Shown here: one piece after another, positions 46,991 through 57,011 of the stretch | How the letters are laid out: each line of letters begins with the position of its first letter | How positions within the stretch are numbered: position 1 is the stretch's first letter | DNA from: Thermoanaerobaculia bacterium | Lineage (GTDB): Bacteria; Acidobacteriota; Thermoanaerobaculia; Multivoradales; UBA5704 | Direction: 5' to 3' | Assembly (NCBI GenBank): GCA_044226625.1 | Contig: JBGAGQ010000003.1 | Span: forward strand, 32,001 to 96,000 | Length of the DNA stretch: 64,000 bases | The notes under the pieces: generated by a model | Seen by the model: only the letters and a program-made list of their open reading frames with translations | The model's database searches: none | What the model was told of the DNA's origin: nothing | Translations under genes and position numbers: made by a program

Positions 46991-49333
46991 ATGCCCGACT
47001 CCGCCCAACCTTTGCGCCGCCGTCTTCCATCTCCTCGCTTCGCTGTGGCGGTCGCTTGCCTGCTGAGCGCGCTCACCGTCGGGCCGCTCCGCGCCTACGA
47101 CGACTGCGATTCGAAGTTCATCGCCTACCTCGGCGCCGACGCGTACCAGTTCTCGCCCGCGCACTCGGGCGAGCTCGGCCGCGTGCGGCTCTTCTCGGTG
47201 CTCTCGAATCAGCGCGCCGCGGCGTTCGGCGACTACGGCACCGCATACTGGCGCCTGGAGATCCGCGACGAGCTCGGACGGGTGGTGCGCGCGGCCGACG
47301 GCGCCGCGAAGATCGATCCGAGCGGCCAAGCCCTCGCCGAGTTCTTCTGGAACGGCCGCGACGACTCGGGGCGCCAGGTGGCGCCCGGGCGTTATGCCTT
47401 CTCTTTCCTCGGACGCTTCCTCGCCGATCGCGAGCGAGGCAAGATCGCGCGGCCGATTTCGTCCTATTCCGAGCTCGCCGGCGTGGGGATCGAGAACGAA
47501 GCCTACGCTTCGACCGACTACGTGATCGTCAACGACCAGCTGGAAGAGAAGGACGCCGCCTCGCTTCGCCAAAGCCTCGCCGCGGGCGCCTGCCAGATGC
47601 GCCAGAACACTCCGATCGAGGCGGGTTTTGGCTACAACTACTACTACGGCTCGACCCACAGCCATTCGAATTGGTCGGACGGCGGCCAGCCGACGACCGC
47701 CTGCTCGTCCGGCAACGGGTACGGCAGCGGCACGTTCACTCCCGCGCAGGTCTACGACTTCGCGCGCAACTCGGCCGGCCTCGACTACTGGGTGATCAAC
47801 GAGCACAACCATCTGATCAACGATGCGCTCGCGACGAACGCCCCGCCGGTCACCGAGGCGAAGGTCAAACAGCGCTACGCGGACGGCAGGGCCGCGGCGG
47901 TCACGGCCACCGTCAACGACGTCTTCGTCGCCCTCTACGGCATGGAATGGGGCGTGACCACGAACGCCGATCAGGGGCACGTCACGCTGCTCGAGACGCC
48001 GAAGCTGTTCGGCTGGGAGACCTGCTCGACCTGCAACGGTCCGAACGCGGAGTGCACCGTCGGTAGCAACTGCTATTTCGACATCTTCACACCGAAGCGC
48101 TTCGGCTACCTGACGATGTACAAACGCTCGGTCGAGAACCCCTCGCCGGCCGGCGCCCTGGGGATCTTCTGCCATCCCGGAACGGGCGAGTTCGACAACT
48201 TTGCCTTCAACGCCGACGCCGATCAGGCGATGCAAGGGATCGCGGTCCGGTCGGGGCTGGCGTTCGCCACCGCGACGAACTGCGCCGATGCGAACGTCGC
48301 GTCGACCGACTACAGCGCGCGCTGGCGGGAGGCGCTGAACAAGGGATTCCACCTCGGACCCGTCGCGGACCACGACGCCCACTGCAACAACTACGGCGTC
48401 GGCCTTCCGAACCGGACGGTCTACCTGCTGCCGAACGGCACCGCCCCGGTGCTCACCCGCCTCGCGATGCTCCAGGCGCACAAGGCGCGGCATTTCTACG
48501 CCACCGAGGATTCGAACGCCCAGCTGGTCTTCGCGACCGCCGATTCCAGCCACGTGATGGGCGACATCTGGAACGCCGCCGGCGGCGCGAGCTTGCGCGC
48601 CGCGGTCTACGACCCGGACAACGAGGGCGTTTCAACGCTCGAGATCTGGCGCGGACAGATCGGCGGCGGAGTTCCCGCCTCGGCCTATCGAACGGTCTCG
48701 AACACCTCGACGATCAGCCTGACCGAGAATCTGAGCTCGGGGACCTATTACTACTACGTTCACGCCGTCCAGGCCGACGGGCACGACCTCTGGTCCTCAC
48801 CGATGTGGATTTCCTACGGAGCGGGTGGCTGCACCTCCGGCTGCACGCTCGATCTTTCCGGTTGGCACCTGGTCCAGGCGAACTCGGCCGCGACGTTCAC
48901 GCTTCCGGCCGGCTCGACGATCGCGAAGAACGGCTATCTGATCGTCGCCCGCGACGCCACCAAGTCGGCGTTCGAAACGTTCTGGCGCGGCGGCGCGGCG
49001 CTTCCCGCCGGCGTCACCTACGTCAACTCGGCCGGCGTCCTGCCGCTGATCAACGGCTCGGAAACCTATCGCCTCACGAACGTCGCCGGCACCACGATCG
49101 ACGGCACGACGGTCGCCATGCCGGCGAGCGCGAACAGCACGCTGATGCGAAAGGATCCCTGCCTCGCGGCGAACCTCGCCTCGAGCTGGACGACGGCCTC
49201 CGCTAGCAGCGCTACGCCCGGCACCGGAGCTGCCGCCGGCTGCGCCAAGGGGATGGTGATCAACGAGTTCGCCGACGCGCTCGGCACCAACAACTTCGTC
49301 TACGAGTACGTCGAGCTTCACTGGGATCAATAG
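46991..49333 (+). CDS. Secreted PHP-like (CehA/McbA-type) metallohydrolase with FlgD-Ig-like and lamin-tail-like domains
   Basis: Signal peptide; WNGRDDSGRQVAPGRY (FlgD-Ig); HSHSNWSDG, NEHNH, GMEWG, CHP and DHDAH (PHP); LDLSGW...INEF (lamin-tail). Confidence 0.82.
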   Translation: MPDSAQPLRRRLPSPRFAVAVACLLSALTVGPLRAYDDCDSKFIAYLGADAYQFSPAHSGELGRVRLFSVLSNQRAAAFGDYGTAYWRLEIRDELGRVVRAADGAAKIDPSGQALAEFFWNGRDDSGRQVAPGRYAFSFLGRFLADRERGKIARPISSYSELAGVGIENEAYASTDYVIVNDQLEEKDAASLRQSLAAGACQMRQNTPIEAGFGYNYYYGSTHSHSNWSDGGQPTTACSSGNGYGSGTFTPAQVYDFARNSAGLDYWVINEHNHLINDALATNAPPVTEAKVKQRYADGRAAAVTATVNDVFVALYGMEWGVTTNADQGHVTLLETPKLFGWETCSTCNGPNAECTVGSNCYFDIFTPKRFGYLTMYKRSVENPSPAGALGIFCHPGTGEFDNFAFNADADQAMQGIAVRSGLAFATATNCADANVASTDYSARWREALNKGFHLGPVADHDAHCNNYGVGLPNRTVYLLPNGTAPVLTRLAMLQAHKARHFYATEDSNAQLVFATADSSHVMGDIWNAAGGASLRAAVYDPDNEGVSTLEIWRGQIGGGVPASAYRTVSNTSTISLTENLSSGTYYYYVHAVQADGHDLWSSPMWISYGAGGCTSGCTLDLSGWHLVQANSAATFTLPAGSTIAKNGYLIVARDATKSAFETFWRGGAALPAGVTYVNSAGVLPLINGSETYRLTNVAGTTIDGTTVAMPASANSTLMRKDPCLAANLASSWTTASASSATPGTGAAAGCAKGMVINEFADALGTNNFVYEYVELHWDQ

Positions 49334-49342
49334 GCCGAAGCC

Positions 49343-49368
49343 GGGGCGGCGAAACGTCTCGCCGCCCC
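49343..49368. terminator. Hairpin between convergent genes (probable terminator)
   Basis: GGGGCGGCGA-aacgtc-TCGCCGCCCC; no U-tract. Confidence 0.55.
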
Positions 49369-49382
49369 AGGTGCAGGAAGCG

Positions 49383-49994
49383 CTACTTGGTGAAGTCGAC
49401 CTTGGGGGCCGTCTCCGCGCCGGGGGCGGCGGTGAAGTAGGGCCTCGGGGGGAAGTTCCAGCCGAGGATGCCGATGAAAAGGCTCGCCGGGAATTGCTTG
49501 ACGCGGGTGTTGTAGATCTGCGCCTTCTCGTTGAACCGGTTGCGCTCGACGTTGATCCGGTTCTCGCTCCCCTCGATCGAGGCCATCAGGTTCGTGAAGG
49601 CTTCCGTCGAGCGGAGCTGCGGGTACTGCTCGACCACCACCATCAAGCGGGAGAGAGCCGAGGAGAGCCCGTCCTGCGCCTGCTGGAACTGCTGGAACTT
49701 CGCCGGGTCGTTGAGAATCTCGTTCGTCGCCTGGGCCGAGATCTGGCCGACGCGGCTGCGCGCCTCGACCACTTTCGTCAGGGTGTCCTGCTCGAACTGC
49801 GCCGAGCCCTTGACCGTCGCCACGAGGTTGGGAATCAAGTCCGACCGCCGCTGATAGGCGCCCTGAACTTGCGCCCACTGCGTGTCGACGTTTTGCTGCA
49901 GGTCGACCAGGCCGTTGTACTGGCTCACGCTCCACACGGCGCCGAGGCCGAGGACGACCAAAATCGCGATGATGACGCAACCGACCTTACTCAT
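49383..49994 (-). CDS. lemA: LemA-family protein
   Basis: YN...WAQV...YQRRSDLIPNLVATVKG, EQYPQLRS, EGSENRINVER. Confidence 0.95.
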   Translation of the reverse strand: MSKVGCVIIAILVVLGLGAVWSVSQYNGLVDLQQNVDTQWAQVQGAYQRRSDLIPNLVATVKGSAQFEQDTLTKVVEARSRVGQISAQATNEILNDPAKFQQFQQAQDGLSSALSRLMVVVEQYPQLRSTEAFTNLMASIEGSENRINVERNRFNEKAQIYNTRVKQFPASLFIGILGWNFPPRPYFTAAPGAETAPKVDFTK

Positions 49995-50112
49995 CTTGGA
50001 TCTCCTCCGAGAGTGATGCCGCGAACATCCTATCGACGACGATCCTATCGCGAGCCGGCCGGCCGGCGCCGCGGGTTCTCGGGACCTCCCGCGATATGCT
50101 CTCGGCCGCGCC

Positions 50113-50907
50113 GTGCAGACCTACCTCGACCTCCTCCGCTACGTGCTCGACCATGGCGTCCCGAAGGGCGACCGGACGGGAACCGGCACGCTCTCGGTGT
50201 TCGGCTACCAGATGCGGTTCGACCTGGCGGCCGGCTTCCCCCTGGTCACCACGAAAAAGCTCCATCTCAAATCGATCGTCCACGAGCTGCTCTGGTTCCT
50301 CGCCGGCCGGACCGACGTCGCCTGGCTCAACGAGCGCGGCGTGACGATCTGGGACGAATGGGCCGACGAGCGCGGGGATCTCGGTCCGATCTACGGCCGT
50401 CAGTGGCGCTCGTGGCCCGCGCCGGACGGCTCGACGATCGATCAGATCTCGCGAATCATCGAGCAGATCCAGAAGGATCCCAACTCCCGCCGCCTGGTCG
50501 TCTCGGCTTGGAACGTGGGCGAGCTCGACCGGATGCGCCTCGCCCCCTGCCACGCGCTGTTCCAATTCTGGGTCGGCGGGGGCAAGCTCTCCTGTCAGCT
50601 CTACCAGCGGAGTGCCGACCTCTTCCTCGGCGTGCCGTTCAACATCGCCTCCTATGCGCTACTCACGTCGATGGTGGCGCAGGTCTGCGGCCTCGCCCCC
50701 GGCGATTTCGTGCACACCCTCGGCGACGCCCACCTCTACGCGAACCATCTCGACGCGGCCCGGCTCCAGCTCTCCCGGGCGCCGCGGCCGGCGCCCCGCC
50801 TCGAGCTCAACCCGAACGTGCGCTCGATCTTCGACTTCCGGTTCGAGGACGTCGCGATCCACGGCTACGACCCCTACCCCTCGATTCCGGCCCCGATCGC
50901 GGTCTGA
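50113..50907 (+). CDS. thyA: Thymidylate synthase
   Basis: [40 protein letters not shown]. Confidence 0.98.
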   Translation: MQTYLDLLRYVLDHGVPKGDRTGTGTLSVFGYQMRFDLAAGFPLVTTKKLHLKSIVHELLWFLAGRTDVAWLNERGVTIWDEWADERGDLGPIYGRQWRSWPAPDGSTIDQISRIIEQIQKDPNSRRLVVSAWNVGELDRMRLAPCHALFQFWVGGGKLSCQLYQRSADLFLGVPFNIASYALLTSMVAQVCGLAPGDFVHTLGDAHLYANHLDAARLQLSRAPRPAPRLELNPNVRSIFDFRFEDVAIHGYDPYPSIPAPIAV

Positions 50908-50935
50908 GCCGCGCGTACCCGTTCAGTCGACCTGC

Positions 50936-51451
50936 TTGAAGACCACCATCATCGCCGCGATCGCCGCCAACCGGACGATCGGAGTCGTGCGCGACGGCCG
51001 CGCGGACGTCCCTTGGCATCTGCCGGAGGATCTGCGGCGGTTCAAACGGCGCACCCTCGGCCATACCGTCGTGATGGGGCGGGCGACTTGGGACTCGATC
51101 GGCGCCAAGCCTCTGCCAAGGAGGACCAACGTCGTGCTCTCGCGGAACCCCGCCTTCGCGGCCCCGGGAGCGCGCGTCGTGACCGGCCTCTCGCAGGCGT
51201 TCGACATCGGCCGCGAGCTGGGCGACGACGAGCTCTTCGTCGCCGGCGGCGCGCACATCTACCGCGAGGCGCTCCCCCGGGTCGACCAGCTCGATCTCAC
51301 GCTCATCGACCGGGACTTTCCCGGCGACACCTTCTTCCCGGAGGTCGATTGGAGCGCCTGGCGGCGGATCGAGAACGACCCGCGGCCCGCGGAAGACGGC
51401 GCGCCCGCCTTCGCCTTTACCCTCTGGGAACGGCGAGATCCCACCCGGTGA
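50936..51451 (+). CDS. folA: Dihydrofolate reductase
   Basis: PWHLPEDLRRFK, MGRATWDSI, PLPRRTNVVLS, AGGAHIY, GDTFFP. TTG start inferred. Confidence 0.93.
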   Translation: MKTTIIAAIAANRTIGVVRDGRADVPWHLPEDLRRFKRRTLGHTVVMGRATWDSIGAKPLPRRTNVVLSRNPAFAAPGARVVTGLSQAFDIGRELGDDELFVAGGAHIYREALPRVDQLDLTLIDRDFPGDTFFPEVDWSAWRRIENDPRPAEDGAPAFAFTLWERRDPTR

Positions 51452-52017
51452 CTTCGGATCGAGCAGCGCGGACAAGACCGGCGGGCCGACGCGGCACGGC
51501 CTGTCGCACGGTCCCGAGGCTCGCCGCCTTCCTGATCCTCGCCGGCACCATGGTCTCGATGGGCTCCTGCGCTCTGCGCGGCTCCCGCTCCACCGACGAA
51601 GTGGATCGGGTCAAGGTCTTCCTCATCGCCCCGGGCGGCGCGGTCGACGACTGCCGCGACGACCGGGCGACGGCGGTCGAGGTGATCCTTCCCCGGCGCC
51701 AGCCGGCGCTCGAAGGGGCGCTCTCGGCGCTGCTGCGCAAACGGGAGCGGATCGACACCCGGAGCGGCCTGGTCAATGCCCTCTATGCCTCGCCGCTTCG
51801 CCTGCGCACGATCGAGCGGAGCGAAAACGGCGCGCGGATCCACCTCGACGGCTATCTCGAGCTGGGCAACGGATGCGACGCCACGCGCCTGCGCCTGCAG
51901 CTCGAGCGGACGGCCGGCCAGTTCCGCGACCTCGACCGGTTCGATATGGATGTCGGCGGCCGCCCGCTCGAGGAGCTGCTCGCTGAAGCCGAGCGCAAGA
52001 GCCCGGGAGGCGCCTAA
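51448..52017 (+). CDS. GerMN-like lipoprotein
   Basis: Hydrophobic stretch ending in GSC; VKVFLI...LEGALSALL...QLERTAGQF. GTG overlaps the folA stop. Confidence 0.68.
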   Translation: MTSDRAARTRPAGRRGTACRTVPRLAAFLILAGTMVSMGSCALRGSRSTDEVDRVKVFLIAPGGAVDDCRDDRATAVEVILPRRQPALEGALSALLRKRERIDTRSGLVNALYASPLRLRTIERSENGARIHLDGYLELGNGCDATRLRLQLERTAGQFRDLDRFDMDVGGRPLEELLAEAERKSPGGA

Positions 52018-52040
52018 CTCCAGGCGCGCGTGCGCGAAGA

Positions 52041-52350
52041 AGGAATCGTTTTTTAACCCGGAGAACGAAATTTTAACTCCAGGAACCGTTTTTTAAGTCC
52101 GGGAATCGTTTTTTAAGTCCGGGAATCGTTTTTCGGGACTGATTTTTGAATTTTGATCCGGCGGAATGAATTTTCAGCTCCAGAATTCAAATTTTAAGGT
52201 CAGGAATCGATTTTTACTGTGGAAAATCGATTTTCCAGGTCGAAAAACGATTCCTGGACTTAAAAAACGATTCCCGGAGTTAAAAAACGATTCTGGGAGC
52301 TAAAAAATGATTCCCCCGGATCAGAATTCATTCTCCTGGATCAGGAATCG
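52041..52350. repeat. AT-rich non-coding array of ~15-16 units, 20-bp period, inverting about a central palindrome
   Basis: Left units GGAATCGTTTTTTAAGTCC; centre TGGAAAATCGATTTTCCA (52220-52237, perfect palindrome); right units GGACTTAAAAAACGATTCC. Confidence 0.88.
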
Positions 52351-52417
52351 CGCGGGAAGCTCCCGAAGCGTTCTCGGCGCTGGGATTTCGATTTCTCGCG
52401 TCGCGCGGAATTCCCGG

Positions 52418-53590
52418 CTATCCGGCGATCTCGATCCGATTGCGCCCGCCGTTCTTCGCCGAGTAGAGGCGCCGGTCGGCGATCGCGAACAGCTGGTCCC
52501 AATCGGACCCCTCGTTCGGAAACAGGGCGAGCCCGCCGCTCACCGTGAGCCCCAGGGTGAGAGAGCCGTGCTCGAGCGCGGTTCCGGCGACCCTCGAACG
52601 GAGCCCCTCGGCCGCCGTCGCGACATCGTCGTTCGGCTCGAGATCGAGCAGCGCCACGAACTCCTCCCCTCCGAGCCGGCCGATCACGTCGGTCTGGCGC
52701 TTCTGGGCCGACAATGTGGCGGCGAGGTGGCGTAAGGCGGCGTCCCCGACGACGTGCCCGTGGGTGTCGTTCACCCGCTTGAAGTGGTCGACGTCGATCA
52801 CCGCGACTCCAAGGAGGCGTCGGTCGCGCGTCGCGCGCGCCGACGCCTCGCGAAACCGTTCGAGCGTCGCCCGCCGATTCGGTAGGCCGGTGAGCGGGTC
52901 GAAATCGGCCAGCCGCCGGTAGGCGGCCTCCTTTTTCCGGACCTCGACCCAGAGCAATCCCAGCGTCGCCGCGACCGCGTTGACGATCTGGGCGATCCCG
53001 AACAGTGCGACGATCAAGTCGGCCCGATCGCGGTCGTTGCTACCGCCGATCGACTCCCAGATTGCAACCATCCGGAGCGACCAGACCGCGACGCTCGAAG
53101 CGAAGATCGCGGCGAGGAACCGCGCCGCACCCACCGCCTCCGGGGGCGGCTCGCGCAGCAGGACCCAGGTCGCGATCACGAACAGGACGTTGGCGATCGG
53201 CGCCGGAGCGAGGATGTCGACCAGGACGATCGGCTGCGGCCGGAGATGGTTCACCACGATCGGCAGCACCGACGCCGCGACGGCGATCGCCGTCCAACGA
53301 CGGTTCAGCCGAAACCGGGTGTGACTCAGGGCCCCTTCGATCGCGAGCACCGGTGCGAACGTGATCAGCGAATTGCCGACGACCTTGCGTAGGCCGAACG
53401 GCAAGAAATCCGGGAGCGTGATCAGGATCCCCACCGAATAAACCAATAGCCCGAGCCCCCACAGCCGGAGGGCTCTCGACTTCGAATCGTCCCGCTCGCC
53501 GAGCGATCCGCGGGCCACGACGAGACAGAGCACTCCGAGCAGGACGTTCAGGATCAACAGCGCAAGGAGCATCGTGCTGGCGCGGGACAT
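52418..53590 (-). CDS. Membrane-bound diguanylate cyclase
   Basis: About 7 TM segments, DPLTGLPNRR, DVDHFKRVNDTHGH, RLGGEEF. Confidence 0.93.
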   Translation of the reverse strand: MSRASTMLLALLILNVLLGVLCLVVARGSLGERDDSKSRALRLWGLGLLVYSVGILITLPDFLPFGLRKVVGNSLITFAPVLAIEGALSHTRFRLNRRWTAIAVAASVLPIVVNHLRPQPIVLVDILAPAPIANVLFVIATWVLLREPPPEAVGAARFLAAIFASSVAVWSLRMVAIWESIGGSNDRDRADLIVALFGIAQIVNAVAATLGLLWVEVRKKEAAYRRLADFDPLTGLPNRRATLERFREASARATRDRRLLGVAVIDVDHFKRVNDTHGHVVGDAALRHLAATLSAQKRQTDVIGRLGGEEFVALLDLEPNDDVATAAEGLRSRVAGTALEHGSLTLGLTVSGGLALFPNEGSDWDQLFAIADRRLYSAKNGGRNRIEIAG

Positions 53591-53740
53591 GATCTCTCCG
53601 GACTCCGAAACCCGGGAAGTCTAGCCGTACTACCGCTCGTGCATCGACGTTGTCTCGAGGACCGGTGCCCGACCGGACGCCCAGGGAGAATCGGGAGACG
53701 CCGGCTGCCGTTTGGCGCCAGCGGGTAGCCGCTGTATCCT

Positions 53741-54559
53741 ATGCGGACGTCTATGCGGATCCGGACCCTGTGGCTCTCGTTCGCCGCAATCCTGGCAGCC
53801 CACGCGGCGGCCGGGGCGCCAGCGGCGACGCCAGGGACCCCGATGAGCCCGCTGGCACCGACACCCGTCGGTGGGGATCGCGCGCTGCAGCTCTACGCGC
53901 CGTCCGAAAACGTGCCGATGATCGGAGGCGAGTCCGCGCAGCTCGACCTCGGGACGCTGTCCACGTACCTGGACGATCCGCGCGTGACCGAATGGGAGGC
54001 CTTCCTCTCGCTCGACGACGGCGTCACCTACCCGATCCGCATCACTCCGCACCTCGATCGCGATCTGCGGCGGATCTCGTGGCTGGTCCCCGAGCTGCCG
54101 ACCCGCACAGCGCGCCTGCTGCTCCGGTTCGGCGATGAAAAGAATGAAACCTCGGTCGAGATTCCTCGTCGTTTCGTGATCCTGGCGGCGGTCAACGGGC
54201 CCCGTCTCGCGGCGAGCCGAAGCCTCGTCACCCCGTCGTATCGAGTCGGCGAATCGGCGCGTCCGGGGGATCCCGGCGTGGTCCGATGGGTCGAGGGGTC
54301 CCGCCAAGGGGGCGAGCTGGTCCCGGTCGAATCCGTGACCCCCGATCTGGCCGAGCGCCTGCGTCTCCCCGGGGCTCCGCAAGAGCTCGATCCGAGGGTG
54401 CTCGAACCGCCGGACCGCTCGGGTAAGGACCGCTTCGCCGCGGCCGCGGAACGGCTCGCCTTCGTCCCGGGGACTTCCCGGCCCGTCCCCGCACGCCCGG
54501 AGCGGCCGGCCTATCCCCCTCTGTCCCCTCTCCTCCAGACGCTCCGTTTGAACCAGTGA
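53741..54559 (+). CDS. Secreted hypothetical protein
   Basis: Signal-like N-terminus; EWEAFLSLDDGVTYPIRITPHLD beta-rich segment; coding-like codon usage. Confidence 0.65.
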   Translation: MRTSMRIRTLWLSFAAILAAHAAAGAPAATPGTPMSPLAPTPVGGDRALQLYAPSENVPMIGGESAQLDLGTLSTYLDDPRVTEWEAFLSLDDGVTYPIRITPHLDRDLRRISWLVPELPTRTARLLLRFGDEKNETSVEIPRRFVILAAVNGPRLAASRSLVTPSYRVGESARPGDPGVVRWVEGSRQGGELVPVESVTPDLAERLRLPGAPQELDPRVLEPPDRSGKDRFAAAAERLAFVPGTSRPVPARPERPAYPPLSPLLQTLRLNQ

Positions 54560-54694
54560 GAAGGCCGCGGACCTAGGTGCCGCGCCCTTTCCCCTGATCG
54601 AACGCACCCTTCGAGGACCGCGGCTCCGTGGTGGAGCTCCGGCTACCTCGCTTGGGAGAGTGTCCTACGTATTTTCCAATCGAGGAGATGTGAC

Positions 54695-56827
54695 ATGCGT
54701 TTCACGAACCTTCGCGGCGGGGTCTCCCTGTCGCTCGCTTTCTCCACCGTCTTCGCACTGGCCGGTTCGGTCCGGCTGACCGCCCAAGAGGAAACCCCTA
54801 CCGTCGAGGAAACCGTCCAGGTCACCGCGACGCGGATCCCCGAAGACGTCCAGTCCGTTCCGGCCTCGATCACCGTCGTCTCCGGCGAGGAGCTCGCCGA
54901 GCGAGGGATCACCAACCTCACGGGCGCTCTGGCGCTGGTCGCCGGCGTCGCGATCCCCCCCGGCGGCGACGGTGGTCCCGCCGGCTCCGTGCCGGAGATC
55001 TGGGGCCTTCGGGAGTTCGACGCGTTCCTGCTCGTGGTCGACGGCGTGCCGGCCGGCGGCGCCTTCAATCCGGCGCTCGTCTCGCTCGACCTCACCGACG
55101 TCGAGCGGATCGAGGTCATGCGCGGCGCCGCGCCCGTGATGTACGGAGCGACCTCGTTCGTCGGCGTCATCCACGTGATCCATCGCCAGGCGGGAACCCG
55201 CAAGGACAGCACGGGTGACTATCGCCTCGGCCTGGGCAATTACGGCAGCGGCCTCGCGGCGATTTCGCTCGACCTGCCCGCCCTCGGCGGCTATCAGCAG
55301 TCGCTGACCGTGAACGGCGAGCGGCGCGGCTTCAAGGACGACGATACCGGCTTCGACCGCGGCCACATCCTCTACCGCGGCCGGGGCCAGGCCGCGGGCG
55401 GCGACTTCCGCCTCGACTTCGACGGCTCGGTGGTCAACCAGGATCCGGCGAGCCCGCACATCCGCCAGGGCCGGGTGCTCACGTCCCTCACGCCGCTCGA
55501 CGCGAACCACAATCCGAGCGACGCCAAGATCGACGAGAACCGATTCCAGCTCACGGGCGGATATGACAAGAACCTCGCCAACGGCCGCTGGTCGACCACC
55601 CTCGCGTTCACCCACACGAAGAAGGAGACCGTTCGCGGCTTCCTCCTCGGCCTCTCGAACGTCGGCGACAACGCTGAGGGATTCGAGCAGGACCTCACGC
55701 TCACCGACATCTATTTCGACACCCACTGGGAGGCGAAGCTCGCCCCTTCGCTCCAGATCGTCGCCGGCCTCGACCACATGTACGGCAAGGGCGAGGCCGA
55801 TTCCGAGACCTTCGGCTACCACGTGAACCTGAACGGCACGGGTGCCGAGAGGAGCAACGCGGTCGAGCACGAGATGGCGTTCGACTCGGAGGACGAGCGC
55901 AACTTCACCGGCGTCTACGCCAACTTCGACTGGAATCCCGCGCCGCGCTGGCACCTCCTGCTCGGAGCCCGGATCAACCGGACGGCCGAGGACATCGAGG
56001 CCGGAGAAGAGGAGCTCGACGGCCCGGACGCCGGAGAAGAGGAAGAGGGGGGCAGCGCCAGCCGCACCACCACCCGCGGCAGCGGCATGGTCGGCGTCAA
56101 CTTCCTCGCCTGGAGCAAGGACAACGGCGACGGCCTCTGGCTCTTCGCCGACGCGCGCGACGCCTTCAAGCCTGCGGCGCTCGACTTCGGCCCCGAGGCC
56201 GAAGCCGACATCCTGGAGCCCGAGACGGCCCGAAGCTACGAGATCGGCGCCAAGGGGCAATTGCTCGACGGACGGCTCGAGTTCGAAGTCTCGGCCTTCC
56301 GGATGGATTTCGAGAACCTGATCATCTCGGTCGACGAGGACGGCCAGCCCGGTCTCGCCAACGGCGGCAAGCAGCGGTTCAAGGGCGAGGAAATCGAGGT
56401 CCGCTATCGCCTGTTCCCCGACCTTCGCGCCGTAGCCACCTATGCCCGCCACAGCTCGAAGTTCATCGATTTCGTCCAGGATTTCGACGGCGTCCTCACC
56501 CAGCTCGCCGGCAAGCGGCTGGAGATGGCACCCGAGAAGCTCGCCTCCTGGGGCTTGACCTATAGCCCGAAGACCGGCTTCAACGCCTACGCGCTCGGCA
56601 GCTACACCGGGGACCGCTTCCTCAACAAGCGTAATACCGCCCTCGCCGAGGCCTACACGACTTGGGCCGCCGGAATCGGCTACCGGATCGGCCGGAGCGA
56701 GCTGCGCCTCGACGGCGAAAACCTGACGGACGAGCGTCCGCCGATCGCTGAAAGCGAGCTTGGCGACGCCCAGTACTACCGCCTGCCGGCACGCAGCTAC
56801 CTGCTGAGCTGGCAGAGCCGGTTCTAG
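54695..56827 (+). CDS. TonB-dependent receptor
   Basis: GAGGAG RBS, TonB box ETVQVTAT, plug domain VERIEVMRG...YGATSFVGVIHVI, C-terminal Phe. Confidence 0.95.
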   Translation: MRFTNLRGGVSLSLAFSTVFALAGSVRLTAQEETPTVEETVQVTATRIPEDVQSVPASITVVSGEELAERGITNLTGALALVAGVAIPPGGDGGPAGSVPEIWGLREFDAFLLVVDGVPAGGAFNPALVSLDLTDVERIEVMRGAAPVMYGATSFVGVIHVIHRQAGTRKDSTGDYRLGLGNYGSGLAAISLDLPALGGYQQSLTVNGERRGFKDDDTGFDRGHILYRGRGQAAGGDFRLDFDGSVVNQDPASPHIRQGRVLTSLTPLDANHNPSDAKIDENRFQLTGGYDKNLANGRWSTTLAFTHTKKETVRGFLLGLSNVGDNAEGFEQDLTLTDIYFDTHWEAKLAPSLQIVAGLDHMYGKGEADSETFGYHVNLNGTGAERSNAVEHEMAFDSEDERNFTGVYANFDWNPAPRWHLLLGARINRTAEDIEAGEEELDGPDAGEEEEGGSASRTTTRGSGMVGVNFLAWSKDNGDGLWLFADARDAFKPAALDFGPEAEADILEPETARSYEIGAKGQLLDGRLEFEVSAFRMDFENLIISVDEDGQPGLANGGKQRFKGEEIEVRYRLFPDLRAVATYARHSSKFIDFVQDFDGVLTQLAGKRLEMAPEKLASWGLTYSPKTGFNAYALGSYTGDRFLNKRNTALAEAYTTWAAGIGYRIGRSELRLDGENLTDERPPIAESELGDAQYYRLPARSYLLSWQSRF

Positions 56828-56843
56828 ACCTTCCCACGTGGTG

Positions 56844-56890
56844 GCCGCCTCCGGTTCTGACCCGTCCTAGGAACCGGGGGCGGCGTTGTT
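56844..56890 (+). terminator. Probable intrinsic terminator
   Basis: GCCGCCTCCGGTTC / GAACCGGGGGCGGC stem followed by GTTGTT. Confidence 0.55.
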
Positions 56891-57011
56891 CGCGGGCCTC
56901 GGCCCGGTCGGCTCGATCCCCACGCCTTCAGAAGCTCCCGGCTCCATCCGCCGAAACCTTCGTCGCTCCCTCCCGTAAGGTTATTTGTACCCTAACGTCG
57001 AGGAGGCGTCG

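Noticed and set aside
45245-48553. 1102-aa minus-strand ORF and other long antisense ORFs (e.g. 7159-9420, 28294-30639, 38784-40979, 44098-46059)
   Set aside because: Typical high-GC shadow frames opposite or overlapping well-supported genes, with no recognisable motifs.
54560-54694. Cobalamin or TPP riboswitch before the TonB receptor
   Set aside because: No recognisable B12-box or TPP consensus (CTGAGA) could be identified by eye.
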